Assembly (NCBI GenBank): GCA_021813945.1
Contig: JAKAJD010000003.1
Location: 45,193 to 109,192 of the forward strand
Direction: 5' to 3'
DNA from: a bacterium
GTDB taxonomy: Bacteria > Patescibacteriota > Microgenomatia > Curtissbacterales > GWA2-41-24
Length of the DNA stretch: 64,000 bases
Shown: piece after piece, positions 28,915 to 40,512 of the stretch
How positions within the stretch are numbered: the stretch's first letter is position 1
Layout of the letters: each line of letters begins with the position of its first letter
Notes under the pieces: model-generated
Told to the model about the DNA's origin: nothing
The model's input: only the letters and a program-made list of their open reading frames with translations
The model's database searches: none
Program-made: the position numbers and the translations under genes

Positions 28915-29112
28915 TTCATGTTAGCAGGTCGCCTTATGGGATTGAAGTCCTCGCAATCTACTCATCTCGCTTTCGGAGAAAGCTTCACTGATATATATCA
29001 GCTGATTACTTCGTAATTCCTGATGTACCCGAATTAAACAGGTTATATCAACAACTCCACTTGGCACAGCCCTTCAGGCTTCATGCCAAGGTGGCTCCTC
29101 TGATATACCCGA
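28915..29112 (-). ncRNA. Candidate structured ncRNA / array of ATATCAG-CTGATAT hairpins (unclassified)
   Basis: At least five stem-loops in a gene-free 245-bp gap; G-U wobble asymmetry favours the minus strand. Confidence 0.45.
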
Positions 29113-29158
29113 AATAAGAATTTCGGTTATAATTATGGTCAAGTAAGACACGAGAACT

Positions 29159-29686
29159 ATGCCTGTCCCGACTACAAATCAACAAGACGATCAAGTAACA
29201 CAAGATGCAGATTTAGCTGCAGTTGGTTCTTCCAAAGCAAAAGAGATTGAACCCCAAAGGGCAGAAGAGAAGCGCCTTTTGGATGAGGTGGTTGAAGCTA
29301 GCGAAAAGCAAGATAAAGAAGCAGAAGAAAAACTCCAGGAATCTTTAGGAAAAGAGGCCCGGCTTTCTCAGCCGCACCCAAAAATTGCAGCTGATGTTTC
29401 AGATGCAGGAGTTGTTTCGCCGCAAAGAACTGCAAGCCAGGTTATCTCTAAAGGACCAACAGTTGAGTTACCAATTTCTGAAGAGGAATACGTCGCTGGC
29501 GAAAAAACAAAGGTAAAAGGAAACGTAGCCGATAAAGAAGTTATTGGCGTATTTTCTCTTGCCGCTTTCGCAATGTTTATTGGAAGAATCATAAAACTTG
29601 CTCACAAACATGCAAAACGCATAATTTTCAGAGATTCTTCCAGTACCAAGGTTCCGGAGGAGAAAGGAGCCAAAGATGCCAGTTGA
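29159..29686 (+). CDS. Hypothetical acidic protein with C-terminal hydrophobic helix
   Basis: ORF overlapping the start of the downstream ATPase gene. Confidence 0.6.
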   Translation: MPVPTTNQQDDQVTQDADLAAVGSSKAKEIEPQRAEEKRLLDEVVEASEKQDKEAEEKLQESLGKEARLSQPHPKIAADVSDAGVVSPQRTASQVISKGPTVELPISEEEYVAGEKTKVKGNVADKEVIGVFSLAAFAMFIGRIIKLAHKHAKRIIFRDSSSTKVPEEKGAKDAS

Positions 29687-32036
29687 TAGTTCACAAGGAT
29701 TAGGCCAAATTGATGCGTTTTCCAGCTTTGAGCTTTTTTTGCGGTCTTTAGGTTTTTTGGGCCTCGCGCTTTTGGTTTTAGTCATCATTGCGGTTGGAGT
29801 AGGTTATCTTTGGGTTATCTGGATGCGCAACAAAGACAGGGAACAAAAGTCTTTGGATTTCGTACTCATGCAAATTGCGGTTCCGAGAGATAACGAGATA
29901 AAAGTAGATGCGGCCGAGCAGATGTTTGCTTCGTTATACTCAATATATAAATCTTCGACAATTTCATTTTTGACAACCCAAGAGCATTTTTCTTTGGAGA
30001 TAGTGGCGCTTCCAGAGGAGATTAAATTTTATATTTCGTGTCCGAAATCTTTGCAGGATTTGGTTGAAAAACAAATACATGGTGCTTATCCAGGCGCGGA
30101 TGTTAGAGAAGTTGAAGAGTACAATATTTTTTCTGAAGACGGCAAATTGGCTTTTGCTGCTTTAAAATTAAAGTCTTCGAATTACTATCCTGTTAAAACT
30201 TATAAGGAGCTGGCAACCGACCCATTGAACCAAATTACGTCGGCTCTTGCTAAGATGGCTCCCGGTGAGGGCGCAGCTGTTCAAATTTTGGCTGCTCCGG
30301 CGAGTGGTGGCTGGAGATCTTCCGGTAAAAACTTTGTTTCCAAAACTAAACAGGCGGAGCTTTCCCCCAAAAACGAAGGCAAGGTGACACCTCAGCCAAA
30401 GAAAATGGAGGCAATTGAGAATAAAATTTCCAAGGTTGGTTTTGATGTAGTTGTTAGAATTGTGGTTTCTGCCAAAACTGATGAGGAAGCCAAGGTTCAT
30501 TTGGACAACATTAAATCAACTTTTTCGCAGTTTACTTCGGAATATAATGGTTTTTCTGGGGCAGGAATACGCTTCAAAAAGCAGTTTTTGGTAGATTTTG
30601 TTTACAGATATTTGCCACTTTTTGGCAAATACGGAGTTTTAAATACAGAAGAGCTGGCTTCGATATTTCACCTTCCCAATAAAAGCGTTGAAACCCCTGG
30701 AATATTCTGGGTCAATGCCAAACGGGCACCTGCGCCGGCACAAATCCCATCTTCCGGTTTGCATTTAGGAAAAAGTGTCTATCGCGGTTCTACCAAGGAG
30801 GTCTTTATTTCAGAAGACGACAGAAGGCGACACGTTTACATTATCGGAAAGACAGGAACTGGAAAGACCGAACTTTTGAAGTATATGATCTTGCAGGATA
30901 TCAAAGCCGGACACGGAGTGGCATTTATTGATCCACACGGAGATGCGGCGGAGGATATTTTATCTTCGATTCCACCGGAGCGGGCTGAGGATGTAATCTA
31001 CTTTAACCCTGCGGATACCGAAAGACCAATTGGTATGAACATGTTAGAGGCTGCCTCCGAGCAAGAAAAGCATTTTGTGGCAACTTATATCGTGGGTTTG
31101 ATGTACAAACTTTACGACCCCCACAAGACAGGTATTATCGGCCCCAGGTTTGAGCACGCCATAAGAAATGCAATGTTGACTGTTATGAGTGAGCCTGGAA
31201 ACACATTTGTGGAGGTTGTAAGGGTTCTTACTGATGCGAATTATGTTCAGGAGCTTCTTCCAAAGGTAAGTGACCCGGTGGTTAGACGCTATTGGACAGA
31301 TCAGATTGCGCAGACCTCGGACTTTCACAAATCGGAAGTTTTGGACTACATCGTTTCAAAGTTTGGCCGCTTTGTCACAAACCGCATGATGAGAAACATT
31401 ATTGGCCAATCCAGTAGCGCATTTAATTTGCGCGACGTTATGGATAACAAAAAAATTCTGATTGTAAATCTCTCAAAAGGTAGGGTTGGGGAGGAGAATT
31501 CAAACTTTTTAGGTTTGGTTTTGGTCCCTAAGATATTGGTTGCTGCTATGAGCAGACAGGATATATCGGAAGAGCAACGGAACGACTTTTTCCTTTATGT
31601 TGATGAGTTCCAGAATTTTGCGACAGAGACTTTTGCAGATATTCTGGCTGAGGCCCGAAAATTCAGGCTTAATCTTATTGTTGCCAACCAGTTTATTGGA
31701 CAAATCGAAGAAGAGGTTAAAAACGCAATTTTTGGAAACGTGGGAACAATTGTTAGCTTTAGGATTGGTGTAACCGATGCCAATTATCTACAGCATGAGT
31801 TTACGCCTGTTTTTAACGAGACGGATCTTATTAACGTTGAAAGGTTCCATGCATATGCTAAAACAATTGTCCGCAACGAGCCCGTGCCGCCGTTTTCCTT
31901 GGATACCACACGTGATCTTTCTAAAATAGATAAAGATTTGAGAATTGCCGAGATGATAAAGCAGCTGTCTAGACTTCGATATGGTCGGGATGTTAATGTA
32001 GTCGATGCGGAAATAGTGCACCGCGCCCGCCTCTAA
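29676..32036 (+). CDS. VirD4/TraD-like coupling protein (HerA/FtsK-type ATPase), CPR-type
   Basis: N-terminal TM, RRRHVYIIGKTGTGKT, IDPHGD, LYVDEFQNF, EARKFRL...ANQ. Confidence 0.88.
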   Translation: MPVDSSQGLGQIDAFSSFELFLRSLGFLGLALLVLVIIAVGVGYLWVIWMRNKDREQKSLDFVLMQIAVPRDNEIKVDAAEQMFASLYSIYKSSTISFLTTQEHFSLEIVALPEEIKFYISCPKSLQDLVEKQIHGAYPGADVREVEEYNIFSEDGKLAFAALKLKSSNYYPVKTYKELATDPLNQITSALAKMAPGEGAAVQILAAPASGGWRSSGKNFVSKTKQAELSPKNEGKVTPQPKKMEAIENKISKVGFDVVVRIVVSAKTDEEAKVHLDNIKSTFSQFTSEYNGFSGAGIRFKKQFLVDFVYRYLPLFGKYGVLNTEELASIFHLPNKSVETPGIFWVNAKRAPAPAQIPSSGLHLGKSVYRGSTKEVFISEDDRRRHVYIIGKTGTGKTELLKYMILQDIKAGHGVAFIDPHGDAAEDILSSIPPERAEDVIYFNPADTERPIGMNMLEAASEQEKHFVATYIVGLMYKLYDPHKTGIIGPRFEHAIRNAMLTVMSEPGNTFVEVVRVLTDANYVQELLPKVSDPVVRRYWTDQIAQTSDFHKSEVLDYIVSKFGRFVTNRMMRNIIGQSSSAFNLRDVMDNKKILIVNLSKGRVGEENSNFLGLVLVPKILVAAMSRQDISEEQRNDFFLYVDEFQNFATETFADILAEARKFRLNLIVANQFIGQIEEEVKNAIFGNVGTIVSFRIGVTDANYLQHEFTPVFNETDLINVERFHAYAKTIVRNEPVPPFSLDTTRDLSKIDKDLRIAEMIKQLSRLRYGRDVNVVDAEIVHRARL

Positions 32037-32061
32037 AGCTTTCCCTGCACTGCCATCAAAT

Positions 32062-32406
32062 ATGGTTTTTATTGCATCTGTTGTTATTTCTTTGGCGGCG
32101 GCTTTGCCGATTATAAATTATGTAGGGCAAATGGCAAAAGATGCGGTTTTGGAATTTAATTTACGTCAGCTGTCGAAAATGGCAGAAATGAGGTTTATTG
32201 AGGAAGGGAAGTATCCAGGGTCTATTGGTGAACTAGTTGAAGGTCAAGGTCTAGGCAATTTTACTTCTAGTATCACGTACCAGTATCGGGTTTCAGCAGA
32301 TGGCCAGCAGGCAAAAATTTTAGGGGCGTTTTCTGATCAAAGTTTTTGCTGGAGCTCTACGACTGAGCAAATAAGAATGATAAATAGCTCAGCCGATTGT
32401 CAGTAA
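32062..32406 (+). CDS. Pilin/pseudopilin-like small protein
   Basis: N-terminal hydrophobic helix, 'G.YP.S..EL', two C-terminal Cys. Confidence 0.5.
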   Translation: MVFIASVVISLAAALPIINYVGQMAKDAVLEFNLRQLSKMAEMRFIEEGKYPGSIGELVEGQGLGNFTSSITYQYRVSADGQQAKILGAFSDQSFCWSSTTEQIRMINSSADCQ

Positions 32407-32455
32407 CAACTTGCCATATTCATCCTAAATTGTGCTAAAATTTGGCATATTATAT

Positions 32456-32527
32456 GGGCCTGTAGCTCAGCGGCAGAGCGCCACTCTTATAAAGTGGATG
32501 TCGATGGTTCGAATCCATCCAGGCCCA
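32456..32527 (+). tRNA. tRNA-Ile (anticodon UAU)
   Basis: GGGCCTG/CAGGCCC acceptor stem, anticodon arm CCACT-CTTATAA-AGTGG, GGTTCGAATCC T-arm; no encoded CCA. Confidence 0.9.
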
Positions 32528-32543
32528 CATTCCCAGATAAAAT

Positions 32544-33338
32544 ATGAAAATTGGGTTAGTTTATAAAGACGAGAATATGAAAGCCAAAAAATTGGCTTTT
32601 GAGGTGACAAGTTTTCTCAAGCAGAACGGGGTGGATGTTTTGGGGGAGAAAAATCTTGACCAAAGTGAGTATGTAATTTCTTTAGGTGGAGACGGGACAT
32701 TAATTAATAAAGCCTGCAAATATGCTGAAATTGCCGTACCATTTATTGGTATTAATACGGGTAATTTGGGCTTTCTGACGGCGGCGGAAGGTGATGAATG
32801 GAAAGAGGCGGTTTTGAAACTTATCAAAGGGGATTTGATTGTTTCTGAAAGAATAGCTCTTGAAGCTAAAGTAGTCGGCAAAAGTGAAACTTTTCGGGCG
32901 GTCAATGAATATACGATAAAAAGCCAGTTTAGGGTTGCGGATTTAGAGGTTAAAGTGAACGAGAAAGACTTTTTAAAGGTTTACGGAGACGGGGTTATTG
33001 TCTCTACGCAATCAGGTTCAACAGCATATTCTCTTTCTGCAGGAGGTCCAATAGTTGATCCTAATTTAAATTGTATATTGGTGACTCCGGTTAATCCGAT
33101 AGGTCTTCCGGTTCCGTCAGCGGTTCTTTCGCCCAATTCTTTGGTTGATATTAAGCTTTTAAAAGGTGAAGATATTTATTTGGTAGTTGATGGTCAGCAA
33201 AGTTTACGTTTGAAGGTGGGGGATGTTGTTAGAGTGAAGCAGGCCAAAAACGGAGTTAAATTTGGATATTTTGACCAAAACCACTTTTTTAAATCTTTAA
33301 ATGCCAAATTTGGGCTTTCTAAAAGAAGGGAAGCTTAA
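32544..33338 (+). CDS. nadK: NAD kinase
   Basis: LGGDGT, GIN.GNLGFL, NE, DG.IVST..GSTAYSLSAGGP. Confidence 0.95.
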   Translation: MKIGLVYKDENMKAKKLAFEVTSFLKQNGVDVLGEKNLDQSEYVISLGGDGTLINKACKYAEIAVPFIGINTGNLGFLTAAEGDEWKEAVLKLIKGDLIVSERIALEAKVVGKSETFRAVNEYTIKSQFRVADLEVKVNEKDFLKVYGDGVIVSTQSGSTAYSLSAGGPIVDPNLNCILVTPVNPIGLPVPSAVLSPNSLVDIKLLKGEDIYLVVDGQQSLRLKVGDVVRVKQAKNGVKFGYFDQNHFFKSLNAKFGLSKRREA

Positions 33339-33856
33339 GGATTTTCAAATTTTTGGGAGATCAGATTTATTACTTCTTCTTTGGAAGTAAGAGTTGTGTC
33401 GATCGTAAGTTCAAAAAATTTTGGGTCAAGATAATATTCGTCGGTATAAAGTTTTCGGAATTTCGCATCTAAACCTTCTTCGCGCCTTTTTATATCTTCT
33501 GCTGTTTCTTTTTCCTGATCGCGGCTTGCAGCCCTCTTGACCCTTTCTTCGATATCACAGGTTAGAAGAACGCGAAGGACGTGGGACATGTTACGGGTAA
33601 AGTAACCTATGTAGTGGCCGTCGATGACAAGAGCTTTTTCGGAATTTGCTAAGTTTGTAAGTTCAGCGTCGATTTTTTTATCTAAATCATCGGGGATTTG
33701 GGATTTGTCGTAAAGGGGAATGTTGTGTGATTTCATGTAGCTTCTGAAAAAATCTCCGGCGTAGTGGAATTCGAGATTATATTTTTGGGCAAGAGTTTTG
33801 GCAGCTGTTGTGGTGCCTGACGCGATTTGACCGGAAAGAACGATGGATCTATACAC
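33335..33856 (-). CDS. cmk: Cytidylate kinase-like (archaeal-type) NMP kinase
   Basis: SGQIASGTTT P-loop, AGDFFR, IDT near the C-terminus. Confidence 0.75.
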   Translation of the reverse strand: MYRSIVLSGQIASGTTTAAKTLAQKYNLEFHYAGDFFRSYMKSHNIPLYDKSQIPDDLDKKIDAELTNLANSEKALVIDGHYIGYFTRNMSHVLRVLLTCDIEERVKRAASRDQEKETAEDIKRREEGLDAKFRKLYTDEYYLDPKFFELTIDTTLTSKEEVINLISQKFENP

Positions 33857-34259
33857 GACGGTGCCTCCTTTTGACTTTGAGTTGGGCGAGGGCTTTTTCC
33901 AGATTGGCGGCAGCGACTGCGTATTCTTCCTCGGAAAGTGTATGCTTTTGCTTTAAGGCTTCTTCGGCAGCACGTTTGGCAGCCTCGATTTCTTTCTCCT
34001 CGAGCTCTTCTTCGGGTGCTGCTAAATCGACCAGGACTTTGACGTTATCTTCGCCAACTTGGGCAAAACCGTAACCGGATGCCAGGTGGGTTTCCTTTTG
34101 GTGCTTGAGGTATATTATTGCGCCAGGTTGCAGGGAAGTTACAAGACCTATATGGTGTGGAAGGACTGTTATTTGGCCTGTTGTTGTAGGAAGTGAAACT
34201 TGGTTGACTTCGTCGTCAAAAACTGTCTTTTCCGGGGTGATTATTTGTAAGTGTAGCAT
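33849..34259 (-). CDS. atpC: ATP synthase F1 epsilon subunit
   Basis: IITPE, G.ITVLPHH; position in the operon. Confidence 0.95.
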   Translation of the reverse strand: MLHLQIITPEKTVFDDEVNQVSLPTTTGQITVLPHHIGLVTSLQPGAIIYLKHQKETHLASGYGFAQVGEDNVKVLVDLAAPEEELEEKEIEAAKRAAEEALKQKHTLSEEEYAVAAANLEKALAQLKVKRRHRRV

Positions 34260-34273
34260 GATATTTAAGACCT

Positions 34274-36521
<2,248 letters not shown>

Positions 36522-36525
36522 AGAT

Positions 36526-36560
36526 AGTTACCAGTCACCAGTTACCGGAATCCAGTAGCT
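36526..36560 (+). repeat. Heptamer tandem repeat filling the atpA-atpG spacer
   Basis: AGTTACC AGTCACC AGTTACC GGAATCC AGTAGCT. Confidence 0.7.
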
Positions 36561-38124
36561 AGGATCTCCTCCTCTTTGATAGTGATTTAACTTTGGTTGA
36601 TTTGTTTTGCTCTTTTGGTTTAGTTTCTGATTCAACTTTTTGAGGTTTTCCCGATACAGTCGCCAACATTTTTTTAAGTTCGCCCTCTGCAAAATCGTCG
36701 ATTTCTTTTTTATCATCAAGATGTTTTTTGAGCTTCTGGTTAGTTTCAAAAAGGGTAAGGATGCTTTGCTCAAAACCAGCGATTTTTTCAATTGGAACCT
36801 CGTCAAAATAGCCGTTTTTAACAGCCCAAAGGATAACAACTTGAGAAGAAACGTCCATAGGTGCGAGTTGTGGCTGTTTTAGGATTTCAACGATACGTTT
36901 GCCGCGCTCAAGCCTCTTTTGGGTTGTTTCATCTAGGTCTGAACCGAATTGGGCAAAAGCGGCAAGTGAGCGGTATTGGGAAAGGTCAAGTCTAAGTGAA
37001 CCGGCAACCTGCTTCATCATTTTTGTTTGGGCATTGCCGCCGACACGGGAAACGGAGATGCCAGGGTTGACTGCTGGACGGACGCCGGCGTTGAAAAGAT
37101 CAGCTTCCAGATAAATTTGGCCGTCTGTTATGGAAATAACGTTTGTTGGAATGTAAGCTGAAACATCGCCTGCTTGGGTTTCTATTATGGGAAGGGCAGT
37201 TAGCGAACCGCCGCCATATTTTTCGTCCATTCGGGCGGCACGTTCGAGAAGGCGAGAATGAAGATAGAAAATATCACCAGGATAAGCTTCGCGGCCTGAG
37301 GGACGTTTGAGAAGAAGCGAAATTTGTCGGTATGCCCAGGCGTGTTTGGAAAGGTCGTCATAAATTACCAAAGCGTCTTTGCCCTGATCCATAAAGTATT
37401 CTCCCATGGCGCAACCGGCATAAGGGGCAATAAATTGCATGGTTGCTGAATCGGAAGCAGAAGCGGCAACCACAATGGTGTGGTCCATGGCTTTGTTCTT
37501 TTCTAAAGTCGCAACAACTTGGGCAATTTTGGAGGTTTTCTGGCCGATTGCAACGTAGATGCAAATGACGCCCTTACCCTTTTGGTTAATGATTGTATCT
37601 ATGGTGATTGCGGTTTTACCAAGTCCACGATCGCCGATTATTAGCTCCCTTTGGCCACGGCCGATGGGGATCATTGAATCGATTGCTTTTAAGCCGGTTT
37701 GAAGAGGAGTGTTAACTGATTTTCTAAAAATTACACCCGGTGCTATCTTTTCTGTTACATAGCGGGTTTTGGTTTTGATTGGACCTTTGTTATCCAATGG
37801 GTTACCGAGTGCGTCAACGACCCTGCCGATAAGCTCCGGTCCGACAGGAACATCGAGAATTTTGCCGGTAGTTTGGACAGTATCTCCTTCTTTCAGGGCT
37901 GTCCAATCTCCAAAAATAATTGCTCCAACGGAATCTTCTTCCAGATTTAGCGCAAGGCCGGTTATGCCGTGGGGGAATGTGACAATTTCGGAAGCCGAAA
38001 CGTCGGAAAGTCCCACTACTCGCGTAACGCCGTCGCCAATTTCGACAACTTTACCCACATTCTTTGGGGTCGCCTGAAACTTCGATTTTGTGATTTGCTG
38101 TTCTATTTCTTCAAGTATATTCAT
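36559..38124 (-). CDS. atpA: ATP synthase F1 alpha subunit
   Basis: [34 protein letters not shown]. Confidence 0.99.
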   Translation of the reverse strand: MNILEEIEQQITKSKFQATPKNVGKVVEIGDGVTRVVGLSDVSASEIVTFPHGITGLALNLEEDSVGAIIFGDWTALKEGDTVQTTGKILDVPVGPELIGRVVDALGNPLDNKGPIKTKTRYVTEKIAPGVIFRKSVNTPLQTGLKAIDSMIPIGRGQRELIIGDRGLGKTAITIDTIINQKGKGVICIYVAIGQKTSKIAQVVATLEKNKAMDHTIVVAASASDSATMQFIAPYAGCAMGEYFMDQGKDALVIYDDLSKHAWAYRQISLLLKRPSGREAYPGDIFYLHSRLLERAARMDEKYGGGSLTALPIIETQAGDVSAYIPTNVISITDGQIYLEADLFNAGVRPAVNPGISVSRVGGNAQTKMMKQVAGSLRLDLSQYRSLAAFAQFGSDLDETTQKRLERGKRIVEILKQPQLAPMDVSSQVVILWAVKNGYFDEVPIEKIAGFEQSILTLFETNQKLKKHLDDKKEIDDFAEGELKKMLATVSGKPQKVESETKPKEQNKSTKVKSLSKRRRS

Positions 38125-38127
38125 AAG

Positions 38128-38511
38128 TTATCGGTTACCGATTATTGTCGATTGTTTTAGCCTTGCATCCAATGTTTGATCCCAAATCCAATCGCCATTT
38201 GTGATCTTGGCCCCAAAAACCAAGTCCGGATTCAATTTATAAACCAGTTTTTTGGCACCTGTTCTTTTTAGAAGATCTTTTTCGCTGGCTGAAGCCAGTT
38301 TTTGCGGTGTCTCCACAATAATTTCTTCTTGTGATAAGGCTCTTTGCACTAGTTGTTTGTAAAGTGTCAAAATTTTAGTTGCACCTTGCGGTTTTTCCTT
38401 GGCGATTATCGATAAATTTCGACTAACTTTTTTTGGGTCGATATAACTGCCAGAGAAGCTATTTTTGTACATTGTTTTGGCTATTTTTTGAAGTTTTTTT
38501 CTGGCTATCAT
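38128..38511 (-). CDS. atpH: ATP synthase delta subunit (short form)
   Basis: Between atpF and atpA; NP.L..G..I..GD...D.T C-terminal motif. Confidence 0.8.
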   Translation of the reverse strand: MIARKKLQKIAKTMYKNSFSGSYIDPKKVSRNLSIIAKEKPQGATKILTLYKQLVQRALSQEEIIVETPQKLASASEKDLLKRTGAKKLVYKLNPDLVFGAKITNGDWIWDQTLDARLKQSTIIGNR

Positions 38512-39014
38512 GAGACTTGTTTAGTTATTTGGGAAATGGATGTTTTGGTCAGTTCCTGCTTTTCTTTTGAGCTCATTGTTCTTCCTAATACTTTTTTGAG
38601 AAGGACACCGGCAATGGTTGCAGTTTCGCCTTGAAGCTCTTTTTGCATTTTTAATCGTTCCAATTCAATTTGTGATCTGGCTTCGGTGATTGCTGATTCG
38701 GTGATTTTGTGGCCTTCTTCTGTTGCTTCATCGACTATCCTTCTGGCTTCTGCTTTGGCATCCTGCATGACTACTTGTGCGTTTGCGCGGGCTTCTTCCA
38801 GCGCTTTTGCAACTTTGACATCGGTTTCTTCCAGTCTGTTTTCTATAACGTCCGCATTTTTAAGGCTTTCTTCGATTCTTGCTCTACGGTCTTCGAGCAT
38901 TTTGACAATTGGTGCGTAGAAAAACTTCTTCAGTAAAAAGAAGATAATTAAAAAATTTACTATTTGGGCCAATAGTAAAACCGGTTGAATACCAAAACTT
39001 TGTATTACTCCCAT
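38508..39014 (-). CDS. atpF: ATP synthase Fo b subunit
   Basis: AQIVNF....LLKKF.Y.PI...L..R; coiled coil. Confidence 0.95.
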   Translation of the reverse strand: MGVIQSFGIQPVLLLAQIVNFLIIFFLLKKFFYAPIVKMLEDRRARIEESLKNADVIENRLEETDVKVAKALEEARANAQVVMQDAKAEARRIVDEATEEGHKITESAITEARSQIELERLKMQKELQGETATIAGVLLKKVLGRTMSSKEKQELTKTSISQITKQVS

Positions 39015-39088
39015 AGGTTAACAAGTCAGAGTCAAAGCGAATAGTGTAAAGTTTTTTAATCTACACTTTGACTTTCGACTTTGACTTT

Positions 39089-39298
<210 letters not shown>

Positions 39299-39320
39299 TT
39301 AATCTTCCTCCTTTCTTGAT

Positions 39321-40061
39321 TTAATGTTCGCTTGCGTGTTTTTCAGTTAAGATTACCATAAAAACAAGCGTTAGCATAGCGAAAATGAGTGCCTGGACAA
39401 AACCGACTAAAAGTTCCAAAAAGTAAAATGGAATAGGGACGATAAAGGCGAATATTTTAGAGGAAGCTGTTGAAAGCAGCACTTCGCCCGCGAAAATATT
39501 TCCGAAAAGCCGAAAAGAAAGAGAGAGAATTTTTGTAAATTCACCAATAAGCTCTAAGAGTCCAACAAAGAGAAAAATCGGGTGGAGGCTTAGAAATTTA
39601 CCTATGTAATCTTTTATTCCTAAGTATTTAACAGCTAAATAATGGGTGATTACAACAGAAACCAATGCCAATGCCAGTGTAGTATTTAGATCGGAATTCA
39701 TAGACCTGAACAGAGGAACGAAGACGCGGTGACCTTCTTCTATCCTGTTGAAGCCGATTGTGCCTATTCCCGGAAGCAAACCGAAATAGTTTCCAAGTAA
39801 GATGAAGAAGAAAAAGCTGGCAACAATTGGCAAAAAGACCTTTGTTTTTTCTCCGGCTACCGAGGCGACTAAATCCTGAAATGTGTCAACAGCGAACTCG
39901 GCAATGTTTTGAAGGGGATTAGGGACAGGTGTAAGCTTTCGTGTCGAAAGAAATGCAAAAGCAATAAGAACTAATGTCACAAGCCAAGCTGTTAGCATGG
40001 TATTGGTGACAGGAATTGGTCCAATTGAAAATATTTTTTCGGCTGCTAGGGTGACTTCCAT
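39321..40061 (-). CDS. atpB: ATP synthase Fo a subunit
   Basis: SLSFRLFGNIFAGE, ELLVGFVQA. Confidence 0.97.
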   Translation of the reverse strand: MEVTLAAEKIFSIGPIPVTNTMLTAWLVTLVLIAFAFLSTRKLTPVPNPLQNIAEFAVDTFQDLVASVAGEKTKVFLPIVASFFFFILLGNYFGLLPGIGTIGFNRIEEGHRVFVPLFRSMNSDLNTTLALALVSVVITHYLAVKYLGIKDYIGKFLSLHPIFLFVGLLELIGEFTKILSLSFRLFGNIFAGEVLLSTASSKIFAFIVPIPFYFLELLVGFVQALIFAMLTLVFMVILTEKHASEH

Positions 40062-40418
40062 TTAAAGCTCCTTTATACCTTCAAAAGTTGCAATTTTTAA
40101 TGTAACTTTTATATCCGGACTTGCTTCTATTAAGGCTTCTTTCAGTTTTTGGGCGTTTTTCTTGTGAGTTTCGAAAGCGTTATTTTGGCCATATGCGCCG
40201 CAATCTTCGTGTTCGTATATTATGACTTCATCCGGCTGATGAAGTTTTAGGGATACATCAATAGCGGAATTTTTTACGTTTTCAAAATCTATCGATGCGC
40301 CTGGCCAGGCTATTCGGTCGAATTCACCATAGCTTGCATTTTGCTTAACGTCAGCGTCGATCATTTCCTGAAAACGCAGGTCTATGCAGTGAATTACTAA
40401 GATTTTGGCTTTATGCAT
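40062..40418 (-). CDS. Small beta-class-like carbonic anhydrase
   Basis: Zn ligands C-I-D-L-R and H-E-D-C-G-A-Y; stop abuts the atpB start. Confidence 0.8.
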   Translation of the reverse strand: MHKAKILVIHCIDLRFQEMIDADVKQNASYGEFDRIAWPGASIDFENVKNSAIDVSLKLHQPDEVIIYEHEDCGAYGQNNAFETHKKNAQKLKEALIEASPDIKVTLKIATFEGIKEL

Positions 40419-40512
40419 TTTTTATTCCAAAAAAGGGCTCATGGGGCAAGCCAATAAGTCCTTCGGGCCAATGATATCAAAGACAGCCTAGATTAGGCAA
40501 GTATCAACGATT

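Noticed and set aside
28915-29135. RNase P, tmRNA or SRP RNA
   Set aside because: GAAGTCCT/AGGCTTC mimics a P4 pairing, but GAGGAAAGUCC and ACAGAA..GGCUUA are absent; there are no tRNA-like ends or SRP helix-8 motif. Left unclassified.
29676-32406. Conjugative element
   Set aside because: Lone VirD4/HerA-like ATPase without relaxase, VirB4 or oriT; such ATPases are common chromosomal genes in CPR-like genomes.
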